64,000 nt of DNA, from positions 139,108 through 203,107 of the forward strand of contig CAZHTP010000004.1 in assembly GCA_964535655.1 (NCBI GenBank). The letters run 5' to 3'. The DNA comes from an uncultured Gammaproteobacteria bacterium (GTDB lineage: Bacteria > Patescibacteriota > Microgenomatia > JALYQM01). Numbering within the stretch: position 1 is the first letter of the stretch; each line of letters begins with the position of its first letter. The translations under genes were made by a program, and so were the position numbers. Shown piece by piece: positions 20,351 to 30,123 of the stretch. Below the pieces are notes generated by a model, which saw only the letters and a list, made by a program, of their open reading frames with translations, searched no databases and was not told the DNA's origin.

Positions 20351-21292
20351 ATGATTAAAATTGGCGTTGTTGGTGCAGGAATGGTAGGGGCTTCATTTGC
20401 CTACTCACTGATGCAGCGTGGGCTTGCTTCAGAGATGGTTTTGATTGATGCCAATCATGATCGTGCCGTAGGTGAAGCAATGGACTTGAACCATGGTTTG
20501 GCATTTGTAAAACCGGTAAGGATTTATGCAGGTGAATATAAAAACTTAGCAGGTTGTGCTGTTACTGTAATCACGGCAGGTGCTGCGCAAAAACCTGGAG
20601 AAACGAGATTGCAGCTTTTAGAGAAGAATGCCGGAATATTAGGATCAATAATCCCTGAGGTTGTAAAGGCTAATCCAGATGGATTAATTGTTTTAGCTTC
20701 CAATCCCGTGGATATACTTACCTACCTCTCGCACGAAATGAGTGGCCTTCCTGCGAATAAGATAATAGGATCGGGTACCATTTTAGATACGGCTCGTTTG
20801 CGATTTTTCTTAAGCGAGAGATATCAAGTAGATCCACGTAGTGTGCATGCGTATATGCTTGGTGAACATGGAGATAGCGAATTTCCTTGGTGGAGTGGTG
20901 CGCTAATTGGTGGTATTCCAGTTAAAGAGTTTGTGTCGGCATCGGGAGTAGGTTTTGATCAAGCTGCTTTGGATGAGATATTTAATAAAACCAAGAATGC
21001 AGCGTATGAAATTATTCAAAAGAAAATGGCGACCTATTACGCGATAGGGCTTGGGTTATTGGATTTGGTTGAATCTATTGTCCGTGATCAACATACAGTA
21101 TTACCGGTATCAAGTATGATGAATGGTCAGTTTGGCGTTTCTGATATTTGTGTAAGCTTGCCGACGGTGGTTGGTGCTAAAGGGATTGAGAAGGTTTTGG
21201 ATATTCAGTTAACGGCGCAAGAGCAGGAGTTGTTTCAGAAGTCTGCACAGATGTTGAAAGAGAGAGTTGCGGAGTTACGCCGACACGTTTAA
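20351..21292 (+). CDS. ldh: L-lactate dehydrogenase
   Basis: Rossmann IGVVGAGMVGAS; L-LDH signature LGEHGDS; strong SD (aaggag) 7 nt upstream. Confidence 0.85.
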   Translation: MIKIGVVGAGMVGASFAYSLMQRGLASEMVLIDANHDRAVGEAMDLNHGLAFVKPVRIYAGEYKNLAGCAVTVITAGAAQKPGETRLQLLEKNAGILGSIIPEVVKANPDGLIVLASNPVDILTYLSHEMSGLPANKIIGSGTILDTARLRFFLSERYQVDPRSVHAYMLGEHGDSEFPWWSGALIGGIPVKEFVSASGVGFDQAALDEIFNKTKNAAYEIIQKKMATYYAIGLGLLDLVESIVRDQHTVLPVSSMMNGQFGVSDICVSLPTVVGAKGIEKVLDIQLTAQEQELFQKSAQMLKERVAELRRHV

Positions 21293-21404
21293 TTCCTCGC
21301 TTTGCTCGAGATTTAAAGCTCTGCTTTTTCATTAGAGGTTTGAAAAAGAAGATCGGCTTAAGTATCTTAGCTTCGAAAGTAGTTTCTGTTTCTATTTAGA
21401 TACG

Positions 21405-21434
21405 AAAAAAGATCCCGGTAAGGGATCTTTTTTT
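21405..21434. terminator. bidirectional rho-independent terminator between ldh (+) and rpsT (-)
   Basis: aaaaaa-GATCCC-ggtaa-GGGATC-ttttttt: a 6-bp GC stem flanked by an A-run and a T-run. Confidence 0.7.
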
Positions 21435-21454
21435 AGTTTCGTTTATTGATAGCA

Positions 21455-21799
21455 CTAGGCTGGCTTTACCGTCTTTTTGGTTGTAGACTTCTTTGTTGCT
21501 GTCTTTTTAGTAGTCTTTTTTGCTGCTTTAGGCTTTGCTGCGCCGATGGCATCAACAGTTCGGGCGATAGCTTTTGCCAGGCGGGACTTAAGACGATTTG
21601 CTTTGCCTTTATGGATTAGATGAGACTTAGCAGCTTTGTCTAATGAGCTGAAAGCAGTGTTAAGTGCCTCAGGAGTTTTAAGTGTTAACGCATGTTTTAA
21701 CATGGTTCGCATGTGTGAGCGTTGAGCTTTATTATGGTCCTCGCGCTTGGCATCCTGGCGCATTTTTTTAATTGCGTTTTTCAATATTGGCATATGCAA
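21455..21799 (-). CDS. rpsT: 30S ribosomal protein S20 with Lys/Thr/Ala-rich C-terminal extension
   Basis: MPILKNAIKKMRQDAKR... matches the S20 N-terminus; about 28-aa KKTTKKTATKK tail. Confidence 0.85.
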   Translation of the reverse strand: MHMPILKNAIKKMRQDAKREDHNKAQRSHMRTMLKHALTLKTPEALNTAFSSLDKAAKSHLIHKGKANRLKSRLAKAIARTVDAIGAAKPKAAKKTTKKTATKKSTTKKTVKPA

Positions 21800-21853
21800 G
21801 AGATGATATCATAGTCTGTAATTTTAAGCAACAGGATGGTATAGTGGGCCTTA

Positions 21854-23512
21854 ATGGTCAATAGAATTCTTAAAAGTGGTAAGGATCTGTTTTTGTCTCG
21901 TCAAAGCACTATTCTTGGTGCTGCGACTATTCTTATGGCGACTGTTGCGGCTTCACGCATTCTCGGGTTGGTTCGTACTCGATTGCTTGCAGCTTACTTC
22001 ACTCCCGATCAAACAGGTATCTATATCGCCGCCTTCCGCCTTCCCGACATGATCTATAATTTACTCATTTTCGGGGCTTTGTCTGTCGCTTTTATTCCTG
22101 TTTTTTCGGATATTATGGCAAAGCAGGGAAGAGCGAAAGCTTTCTCATTTGCTTCAAGTTTGCTTTCTGTGGGAGTTGCTATTTTTGGAATAGTGTCTCT
22201 TCTGGCTGTTGTTTTTGTGCGGCCAATTAGCATGTTGATTGCAATAGGTTTTAATGATCAAGAACTCACATTGATGAGCTCATTGTCCCAGATACTTTTT
22301 ATATCCCAGTTTGTTTTTGTTATTGGAGCGCTTTTTACTAGCCTTTTGCAAAGTTTTAAACATTTTTTTATCCCGGCGATTGCTGGAGTTTTATATAATG
22401 TTGGAATTATTATCGGCATTATCGCGTTTACCCCTATTGCAGGTATTTATGGTCCCGTTTATGGTGTTCTTTTAGGCTCATTTTTATACTTGCTTATTCA
22501 TTTGCCACTCATAAAATCTATTGGTTATTCATTTAAATTTAACTTTGACTATAAACAGCCTGGTGTTCGTCGCGTGTTTAGGTTAATGGGCCCTCGGACT
22601 CTTGCTATTGCGGGAGATCAGTTACGCACAACGTTTAATCTCTCAATCGCTTCATCAATCTCGGCAAGTAGTGTTACCTATTTAAATTTTGCGCAACAGT
22701 TATATTTAGTTCCTGTGGGATTATTTATTGCTACTATGGCACAAGCAGCTTTGCCGGTCCTTTCGGAAGAACAGGCATTAAAGCAGAAGGACTCATTTGT
22801 TAAAACTTTAATAACATCATTGCATCAGGTTCTTTTTTTAACTCTGCCGGCGGCTGCTATTTTAATTATTTTAAGAATTCCCGTGGTTCGACTGGTTTTT
22901 GGTGCATCGCAATTTACCTGGGAAGCTACTGTGCTGACTGGAAAAACAGTTGCCTGGTTAGCGCTTGGGTTGGTAGCTGAATCTATTGTCATGTTATTTG
23001 TTCGTGCTTATTATGCTTTGCATGATACTAAAACGCCAGTTAAAGTAGCTTTGTCTTCGCTGCTGGTGGATATATTGTTTAGTATAACGACTATTTTTGT
23101 ATTTAAAATGCCCGTGTGGAGTTTAGGATTATCTGCCACTCTAGGTGGATACATCTCTGCTATTGTTCTGTTTATTTTACTGAATAGAAGAGTAGGAAAC
23201 CTCTTCACTGAGGCTTTTTTCTCTCCATTTTTGCGAATGTCACTTGCTGCTTTTGTAATGGCGGTGAGCTTATATATTCCAATAAAAGTGCTTGACCAAG
23301 TGGTCTTTGATACGACCAGAACGGTCAATTTGCTTGTCCTGACCGGAATTGCTTCGATTTGTGGTATGATTATGTATCTTTTCCTTACGTGGCTTCTAAA
23401 AGTTAAAGAAGCTTTTATGATTTTGAATTACTTAAAAGGACTTGTTGTTAAGGGGAAGAATTTACAGGTTGTGTTAGGTGCTCCGGAAGAGGAACTTACG
23501 GGGAAGAGCTGA
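21854..23512 (+). CDS. murJ: lipid II flippase MurJ/MviN
   Basis: About 14 TM helices, 552 aa, with MurJ-type conserved Arg/Asp positions near the N-terminus (LGLVRTRLLAAYF). Confidence 0.8.
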   Translation: MVNRILKSGKDLFLSRQSTILGAATILMATVAASRILGLVRTRLLAAYFTPDQTGIYIAAFRLPDMIYNLLIFGALSVAFIPVFSDIMAKQGRAKAFSFASSLLSVGVAIFGIVSLLAVVFVRPISMLIAIGFNDQELTLMSSLSQILFISQFVFVIGALFTSLLQSFKHFFIPAIAGVLYNVGIIIGIIAFTPIAGIYGPVYGVLLGSFLYLLIHLPLIKSIGYSFKFNFDYKQPGVRRVFRLMGPRTLAIAGDQLRTTFNLSIASSISASSVTYLNFAQQLYLVPVGLFIATMAQAALPVLSEEQALKQKDSFVKTLITSLHQVLFLTLPAAAILIILRIPVVRLVFGASQFTWEATVLTGKTVAWLALGLVAESIVMLFVRAYYALHDTKTPVKVALSSLLVDILFSITTIFVFKMPVWSLGLSATLGGYISAIVLFILLNRRVGNLFTEAFFSPFLRMSLAAFVMAVSLYIPIKVLDQVVFDTTRTVNLLVLTGIASICGMIMYLFLTWLLKVKEAFMILNYLKGLVVKGKNLQVVLGAPEEELTGKS

Positions 23513-23627
23513 TTTGAATGTGAAACCTTTTTTTTGTGTTTTTCTAGCCCCGGGCTTTGGTGTCCTCGCTGCGAAAAACACACTGCAACGGTTTCCCTAA
23601 TAAATAAATATCGGGTTCATATAAATT

Positions 23628-25421
23628 ATGAAAAATATTAGAAATTTCTGTATTATTGCCCATATTGATCATGGTAAGTCTACACTTGCTGATCGCCTGC
23701 TTGAGTATACGGGTACGGTGCAAAAGCGGGATATGCAAGAGCAGCTCCTTGATTCTATGGATATTGAACGCGAGCGGGGAATTACGGTAAAGCTTACGCC
23801 TGTTCGTATGAAGTGGCGCCGGGATGATGGAGACTATATTCTCGATCTTATTGATACTCCTGGGCATGTCGATTTTTCTTATGAAGTTTCTCGTTCGCTT
23901 GTTTCGTGTGAAGGTGCCGTTTTGCTTGTTGATGCGACACAAGGAATTCAAGCACAAACACTTTCTCATTTAACTCAAGCAATGGAACTTGGATTAACTA
24001 TTATTCCTGTGCTTAATAAAATAGATTTGCCTGCTGCAGAGCCTGAGCGAGTAGCTAAAGAGTTGTGCGATACTTTTGGCTTTATAGAATCGGAGATGAT
24101 TTATGCTTCGGGTAAGACAGGTGTTGGCGTTGATAATATAATTGATGCTGTAATTGATCGAGTACCGGCACCTAAAGTTTCGACAGTCCCGTACTGTCGT
24201 GCACTAGTATTTGATTCCTTTTATGATTCATATAAAGGGGTTGTATGTTCAGTTAAAGTGTTTGACGGTGAGTTTAAAGCGAGTGATTATGTACGATTTT
24301 TTGCTACGGAAGCTGGAGTAAGTATTCTTGAACTGGGCTATTTTGGACCTAAAATGACTAAATCTGATTCAATTAAGGCGGGTGAAGTAGGGTATATCGC
24401 TACTGGTTTAAAAGACGTAGGGCTTTGTCGCGTTGGAGATACCATTATTGCTGGTATAACTGATGAAATGGATATGCATGACCTGAATTGGAAGAGTAAG
24501 GTTCATCAACTTGAAGGTTACAAAGAGATGAAACCGATGGTTTTTACCGGTTTGTACCCCATCTCTTCAGATGATTTTCCTGATTTAAAAGATGCTTTGT
24601 ATAAGTTGAAATTAAATGACTCTTCGTTGGACTTTGTTGAAGAGTCTTCACAGGCGTTGGGACATGGGTTTAGATGTGGGTTTTTGGGGTTACTCCATGC
24701 GGAAATTACCCATGATCGATTATCTCGAGAGTATGGTATTGACGTTATCGTGACAACGCCTAGTGTTGGGTATCTGTATAATGGAGAAGAGATAAAAAAC
24801 CCATCCGATATTCCTTCACAGGCTAATGTCTTAGAACCTTGGACACGAGTGTCACTCATTTGCCCTGTTCACTATGTAGGAACCGTGATGCAATTATGCC
24901 AGGAGCATAGAGGTACTTTGATTGATCAAACATATCTTGCACATCAATCTAAATTGATTTATGAAATGCCTTTAGTAGAACTTGTAGTTGGGTTTTACGA
25001 CAAACTGAAATCTTCTACGTCAGGATATGCTTCAATGGATTATGATTTAATTGGACATCGGGATGTTGAAGTAGTTCGATTGGATATTATGGTAGCAGGA
25101 GAGATTGTGGATGCTCTTTCTTATGTTATGGTAAAAACTAAATCGGAGAGCTTTGGACGTAGTTTAGTAGAAAAACTAAAGGAGGTTTTGCCTCGGCAAA
25201 ACTTTGCGGTAGCTATTCAAGCTGCCATTGGTGGAAAAATTATTGCTCGGGAAACAATTTCTCCTTTTAGAAAAGACGTTACTGCTAAATTGTATGGAGG
25301 AGATGTGACACGAAAAAATAAACTCCTTGATAAGCAAAAAAAGGGAAAAGAAAAAATGAAAGATATTGGTCGAGTAAGTATCCCGCAGGAGGCGTTTTTA
25401 GAAGTATTAAAAGTGGGATAA
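23628..25421 (+). CDS. lepA: translation elongation factor 4 (LepA)
   Basis: G-domain motifs AHIDHGKST, DTPGH, NKID; LepA C-terminal domain; 597 aa. Confidence 0.95.
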   Translation: MKNIRNFCIIAHIDHGKSTLADRLLEYTGTVQKRDMQEQLLDSMDIERERGITVKLTPVRMKWRRDDGDYILDLIDTPGHVDFSYEVSRSLVSCEGAVLLVDATQGIQAQTLSHLTQAMELGLTIIPVLNKIDLPAAEPERVAKELCDTFGFIESEMIYASGKTGVGVDNIIDAVIDRVPAPKVSTVPYCRALVFDSFYDSYKGVVCSVKVFDGEFKASDYVRFFATEAGVSILELGYFGPKMTKSDSIKAGEVGYIATGLKDVGLCRVGDTIIAGITDEMDMHDLNWKSKVHQLEGYKEMKPMVFTGLYPISSDDFPDLKDALYKLKLNDSSLDFVEESSQALGHGFRCGFLGLLHAEITHDRLSREYGIDVIVTTPSVGYLYNGEEIKNPSDIPSQANVLEPWTRVSLICPVHYVGTVMQLCQEHRGTLIDQTYLAHQSKLIYEMPLVELVVGFYDKLKSSTSGYASMDYDLIGHRDVEVVRLDIMVAGEIVDALSYVMVKTKSESFGRSLVEKLKEVLPRQNFAVAIQAAIGGKIIARETISPFRKDVTAKLYGGDVTRKNKLLDKQKKGKEKMKDIGRVSIPQEAFLEVLKVG

Positions 25422-25424
25422 GTT

Positions 25425-25844
25425 ATGAAGAAACAATTGTTTAGATCGTTGCGGCCCAATGTGCGAACACCTATTATTACGGTTAATCAATACCAATTTA
25501 ATGACCGTATTTCTAACGCCTGTTTTGGTGTTGGCTTATTACTTACGGTGATTTGTTTTATCCTTGTCTGGATCAATTTCTCTTCCTTACCTCCTCAAGT
25601 TCCCTTATTTTTGCAAAGGCCATGGGGAGAAGAGCAATTAGTTCCAAAATCGTGGCTTTGGTTACAACCGGGGTTGCTGTTACTTTTTTTCCTTGTTAAC
25701 TACGCTATTTCGCTTTTGACTATGAAAAATGAGCCATTAACAGCACGAATTTTAGGTGGTACTGTACTAATATGCTCAGTAATGAGTATTATTTCTTTAT
25801 GGAATATAATGAACTTAGTTGTTAGTGTCCGTATTTGGTTCTAA
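25425..25844 (+). CDS. hypothetical small membrane protein
   Basis: Three predicted TM helices; no motif. Confidence 0.4.
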   Translation: MKKQLFRSLRPNVRTPIITVNQYQFNDRISNACFGVGLLLTVICFILVWINFSSLPPQVPLFLQRPWGEEQLVPKSWLWLQPGLLLLFFLVNYAISLLTMKNEPLTARILGGTVLICSVMSIISLWNIMNLVVSVRIWF

Positions 25845-26926
25845 GTTTCATGATTTACCTTATTGGGTTTGCACTGTCTTTTTTGCTTTCAGTTGTATTT
25901 ACTAAGCTCACTATTCGTTGGGCTACTAAATATGGTTTTGTAGATAATCCTAACCGTTTACACAGCGCGATTCTTCATGATCGCCCTATTCCTAGAGCAG
26001 GTGGGATTCCCGTATATTTTGCATCGTTTGTTGCGGTGTTGTTGTTTTCCACACAATTTCTTCAGGGATTTGATGCAAATTTAAAGCATTTGATTGGAAT
26101 TTTTATTGCTGGACTTGGAATTGTAATCATGGGTACTCTTGATGATAAATATGATTTATCGCCTAATTTGCGCCTTGTTTTTATGTTTATTTTTGCTCTT
26201 GTAGTGGTTGGTTTTGGTATAGGTATAAATTATGTTACCAATCCCATGGGTGGTGTTTTGCACCTTGATGAACTTGTGTATGGTTTTAGGTTTTTTGGTT
26301 CACTACATACGATTGTTGTCTTTGCTGATTTGTTGGCGATTTTTTGGATTGTTTCATTAATGAACGTAGTAAACTGGTCTTCGGGGTTGGATGGTCAGAA
26401 TGCGGGGATAGCAATGATCGCATTAGCAATTTTAGGATTTTCTGCACTTCGCTATAATCAGACTTCCGAGCCGGCTGCTTTGTTAGCTTTTATTACATCG
26501 GGTGCCTATGCAGGATTCCTAGTTTTTTCTGCGTATCCGCAGAAAATTATGCCTGGCTTTGGAGGATCTACTTTTTCTGGATTTATGATTGCGGTTCTGG
26601 CAATCCTTTCGGGAGCTAAACTCGCAACAGCGCTGATTGTACTTGCTATTCCAATTCTTGATGCCGTTTGGGTTGTACTTAGGAGAATAGTAAACAAGCA
26701 GAATCCTATGAAAAATACTCGTACTCATTTGCATCATTACCTGTTGGATGTTGGCTGGTCAAAACGAAGGATAGCTTTTTTTTATTGGCTTATTTGTGCA
26801 ATTTTGGGTATACTAGTATTGCAGATAAACAGCCAGACTAAATTCTTTGTGTTTTTAGTACTGCTTATTTTATTTTTAGCAGGGGCGCTATGGTTACAAC
26901 GCTTATTGCGATCGTCAAAACAGTAA
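25835..26926 (+). CDS. polyprenyl-phosphate sugar-1-phosphate transferase, MraY/WecA family (glycosyltransferase family 4)
   Basis: Polytopic; D-D motif region (LDDKYDL); NxxNxxDGxDG-like VVNWSSGLDGQNAG. Confidence 0.7.
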   Translation: MVLSFMIYLIGFALSFLLSVVFTKLTIRWATKYGFVDNPNRLHSAILHDRPIPRAGGIPVYFASFVAVLLFSTQFLQGFDANLKHLIGIFIAGLGIVIMGTLDDKYDLSPNLRLVFMFIFALVVVGFGIGINYVTNPMGGVLHLDELVYGFRFFGSLHTIVVFADLLAIFWIVSLMNVVNWSSGLDGQNAGIAMIALAILGFSALRYNQTSEPAALLAFITSGAYAGFLVFSAYPQKIMPGFGGSTFSGFMIAVLAILSGAKLATALIVLAIPILDAVWVVLRRIVNKQNPMKNTRTHLHHYLLDVGWSKRRIAFFYWLICAILGILVLQINSQTKFFVFLVLLILFLAGALWLQRLLRSSKQ

Positions 26927-27834
26927 GACCGCGGCAGTGGCTCAAAAATCTAACTCTTTTTGCTGGAATAATTTTTAGTCATCGCTTATTCTATCCTAAC
27001 GATTTTTATATGGTTGTACTGGCTGTATTGGATTTCAGCTTGGCTACATCGGCAATCTACATCTTTAATGATATTGTTGATGCTCCACATGATCGGTTAC
27101 ATCCTTTTAAGAAAAAGCGACCAATTGCTTCCGGAGCACTTCCTGTTTCTTGGGCAGTTTTTCTTGCTTCTAGCTTATTAGTACTGTCGTTTACTTTTTC
27201 TTTTATTCTTTCGCAGCGATTTTTCTTAGCGGTTGTAACATATATTTTGCTGCAAACACTGTATATGTATTATTTAAAGCATATTATTATCCTTGATGTT
27301 TTAACTATTGCGAGCGGATTTTTGCTTAGGATTTATGCTGGCGTGTGGGTTATTGGAACTCATGTTAACATCTGGTTTTTGCTGTGTATGGTTTCTTTTG
27401 CGTTATTTATTGCTGTTGGGAAACGGCGTGCAGAGGCAACTCTTTTGAGTGGTTATACCATTGCTTCAGATATTAAACGGGTTCGACCGACTTTAGGTCA
27501 CTATCCCGAATCGTTATTGCAATCCTATACGACGATGTTTGCTACAGCGACTTGGTTAACCTATGCGTTGTTTGCTTTTCAGCAGCCTGCTATTACGCCT
27601 AATACGTTTTTCCAGCCACTTTTTTATAATCTTACTCCTCGGGTAAGCGATGTTAAGTGGTTAATGGTAACTATTCCATTTGTTATCTTTGGAGTTATGC
27701 GTTATCTGTATTTGATTTTTGAGCGAAAGGAAGGAGAATCTCCTGAGCGTATTTTGCTTTCAGATAAGCCACTTTTGACCTGTGTCATAATTTGGGGGCT
27801 GCTTGTTTTTGCTGTCTTGTATGTTGTCTCTTAA
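26890..27834 (+). CDS. UbiA-family prenyl/phosphoribosyl transferase (DPPR-synthase-like)
   Basis: Polytopic; Asp-rich motif NDIVDAPHDRLHP; second motif region. Confidence 0.65.
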   Translation: MVTTLIAIVKTVRPRQWLKNLTLFAGIIFSHRLFYPNDFYMVVLAVLDFSLATSAIYIFNDIVDAPHDRLHPFKKKRPIASGALPVSWAVFLASSLLVLSFTFSFILSQRFFLAVVTYILLQTLYMYYLKHIIILDVLTIASGFLLRIYAGVWVIGTHVNIWFLLCMVSFALFIAVGKRRAEATLLSGYTIASDIKRVRPTLGHYPESLLQSYTTMFATATWLTYALFAFQQPAITPNTFFQPLFYNLTPRVSDVKWLMVTIPFVIFGVMRYLYLIFERKEGESPERILLSDKPLLTCVIIWGLLVFAVLYVVS

Positions 27835-28578
27835 ATCTATTTTTATTGCATAATTATTAAAACCTGAAGGATAGGTAACAACGTGATAATGTAGGTTCTT
27901 GAAATGTGTGTTTAGATACGCTAGAAAATCTATCGTATGACTGCGAGTTTTTTTTACATGAGCCGGGCTATTAAAAAGTATCATACTGTCTGGCTTTGCT
28001 AACTTGCATAGTTGTGAGATAAAGGCATCAGTGCCATTTTGATACTGCAATTGATTTTGTTCTCCAGTTAAAATATCTACAATAATTACATCAAACCTAT
28101 TAAAGTATTCTTCCTGCTGGATCACTTTATATGCATCATCATGTACTAAGGTGTAGTTGGTTAGCGAGTCTAAATCAAAATACTTCTTGCAGGCGTCAAT
28201 GATTACCTCGTCGATTTCAACGATGGTCTGATGAATTTTGGGATTTTGCTTATTGATTAAGAGTGACTCAGTATTTGCTCCGAGGCCAAGAAGTAGAATT
28301 TTCGGATCGACTCTGTTTTGGCAGAAATCTAATGTACTTTTGGCAAATTCATACCAGTAGGTTTTTTCTATATTTTTATCGGTAATAGCGATACCTTGTG
28401 TACAAAGATTAATAAACATGCGCTTTTCTCCCGTATAAATCTGCTTTATTTCAACGACTCCTGAATACTTGGAAATATATTTTTTGATCCGTTTAAGGCG
28501 AATTCGCCACACAAAAATTAAGAGAGCGGTAACCAGGAAGATATCTGCAACGATTACGAGGTAAATATTGTTGAACAT
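27760..28578 (-). CDS. spermidine-synthase-like (PABS fold) protein
   Basis: ILLLGLGANTES...TIVEIDEVIIDACKKYF matches the PABS glycine-rich/EID motif; N-terminal TM; convergent overlap with the preceding gene. Confidence 0.5.
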   Translation of the reverse strand: MFNNIYLVIVADIFLVTALLIFVWRIRLKRIKKYISKYSGVVEIKQIYTGEKRMFINLCTQGIAITDKNIEKTYWYEFAKSTLDFCQNRVDPKILLLGLGANTESLLINKQNPKIHQTIVEIDEVIIDACKKYFDLDSLTNYTLVHDDAYKVIQQEEYFNRFDVIIVDILTGEQNQLQYQNGTDAFISQLCKLAKPDSMILFNSPAHVKKTRSHTIDFLAYLNTHFKNLHYHVVTYPSGFNNYAIKIDLRDNIQDSKNKQPPNYDTGQKWLI

Positions 28579-29570
28579 AGATATAACAGCTTATATGGTA
28601 CATTATATATTTTTATCCAGGTTGAAGGAAACTCGATTATGTCACCATGGAAACGTTTTTTAAATTCTGTAAAGCCTTTCCATTTTTTTTGGTCATTGCG
28701 ATAGCGTGTATCATACAGTGCTTCGAAATCAAACACTTTCATTTGTAACTGTTGACCTTGCTTAAGGCCTTCCCAGACAAGGAGATAATTTGCCATCGTG
28801 TCATACCCTTCTTCCGTAATTCCGGTGTGTAGGTAGGCGAGTGTTTGTTCAAAATAGGCATACCAGACGGCTGCAATAGGTTCGGTTTTACCAGGGGCAT
28901 AGGCAAAAGACAGAAGGGAATTTCCTTTGAACGCATTTATTTTATCGAGCATTTCTTCGTACGGAGGGATGTAGAATTTTTTTATATGGCTGACATTTTG
29001 CATTAAAGTAAAGAATTCGTTAAAGTGGGGAAGTTCTGATTGACCTTGATAATAAATATGTTTGACGGTTATGTTCTTGCTGAGTGCTTTTTTAATATTG
29101 CGCTTGGCATTTTCGGAAAAAGAATTAAGTAATGATTCCTCGCTTTGGGCTAAATCGATCAGGATAGTTGAACTATGTCCGGTTTTTTGCTTTGATTTTT
29201 TAAAACTGTGGTTTGCGATATAACTTTCATCATAATTTTGTGGATGTGGTTCAAGGAGAATGAATAGGGCATTATGTTTTTTGGCAATGGTTTCGAATTC
29301 ATCCAAAGGGAGAGGGCCTTTAGGATGCTGAATTTTGATGATAGTGTGCTTAAACGGTTTTACTTGTCTTATAAATATGTTTATTCCATTAGCTTTTTCG
29401 ACTATCCAGCCGATTTTTTGCATGTAGGTTGCCCACTGGGGGGTTTGTCTGGCATCGGTCGCTATTTCGGTGAGCTTGCTCATTGGTTGATTGTAATACA
29501 TTGCGGTTGGGGATGATATAATATGTTGCGTAGATGTTTCAGAAAAATTAGTTTCCACGATCCCACGCAA
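28554..29570 (-). CDS. FemAB-family peptidoglycan interpeptide-bridge transferase-like protein (tentative)
   Basis: Size and pattern reminiscent of FemX/FemAB (GNAT-fold tandem); no decisive motif. Confidence 0.4.
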   Translation of the reverse strand: MRGIVETNFSETSTQHIISSPTAMYYNQPMSKLTEIATDARQTPQWATYMQKIGWIVEKANGINIFIRQVKPFKHTIIKIQHPKGPLPLDEFETIAKKHNALFILLEPHPQNYDESYIANHSFKKSKQKTGHSSTILIDLAQSEESLLNSFSENAKRNIKKALSKNITVKHIYYQGQSELPHFNEFFTLMQNVSHIKKFYIPPYEEMLDKINAFKGNSLLSFAYAPGKTEPIAAVWYAYFEQTLAYLHTGITEEGYDTMANYLLVWEGLKQGQQLQMKVFDFEALYDTRYRNDQKKWKGFTEFKKRFHGDIIEFPSTWIKIYNVPYKLLYLCSTIFTS

Positions 29571-29619
29571 TTTATGCGTGGGACCTCAGCAATATTGGTA
29601 TAGTTACATTAAGGAGCTT

Positions 29620-29693
29620 CGGGGTGTAGCTCAGTTGGTAGAGCGCGCGGATGGGGTCCGTGAGGTCGCAAGTTCGACTCTTGTCACTCCGAC
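29620..29693 (+). tRNA. tRNA-Pro (anticodon GGG)
   Basis: Hand fold: acceptor cggggtg/cactccg, D-arm gctc-agttggta-gagc, anticodon stem cgcgg/ccgtg with loop atGGGgt, T-loop ttcgact. No CCA. Confidence 0.7.
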
Positions 29694-30123
29694 AATTACA
29701 AAAGGGGCAAATTTATGGTAGCTGCACTGGAAAAAACACCGGTTTACATTTAGCCGTTTCTACGGGAAGTTTTCTCGATTTTTCGCGGGGAAAAGATATT
29801 GCCAAAGGCGCTTTAACCCGAAAACCAGAATGGGCGATTTGCACCGGAAAAATTGCTGAATCACTCAATGCGATGGTTGATGCCTATGGTTTCCGTCGGT
29901 TACGCTGGATTCATTTTTCGGCAAATACTCCGTATCCACATAGGAGAGCTCCCAGTACTTGGCTGGGAGGTTCCTTGCCGCTATCATTTGTGGTATAAGG
30001 AAACTGATCGTAAGGCGAAAGAAGCGGGCGGACAACGGGTTTGAGGAATCGAAGCCACTATGGATGGATTAATGCATGGAATAATTGAGGGTGGTAGCCG
30101 CAGCTATCCGAATCGACCAACTA

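Noticed and set aside
29651-30044. Track ORFs 29651..29998 and 29853..30044
   Set aside because: They start inside or overlap the tRNA-Pro gene and overlap each other in different frames. They have no motifs and are most likely spurious; the region is treated as non-coding.
29694-30123. RNase P RNA, SRP RNA or tmRNA in the tRNA-adjacent non-coding stretch
   Set aside because: I looked for the RNase P P4/CR motifs, the SRP domain IV GGAA...AGCAGC pattern and the tmRNA tag/tRNA-like ends and found no convincing match. The region is left as an unexplained non-coding stretch.
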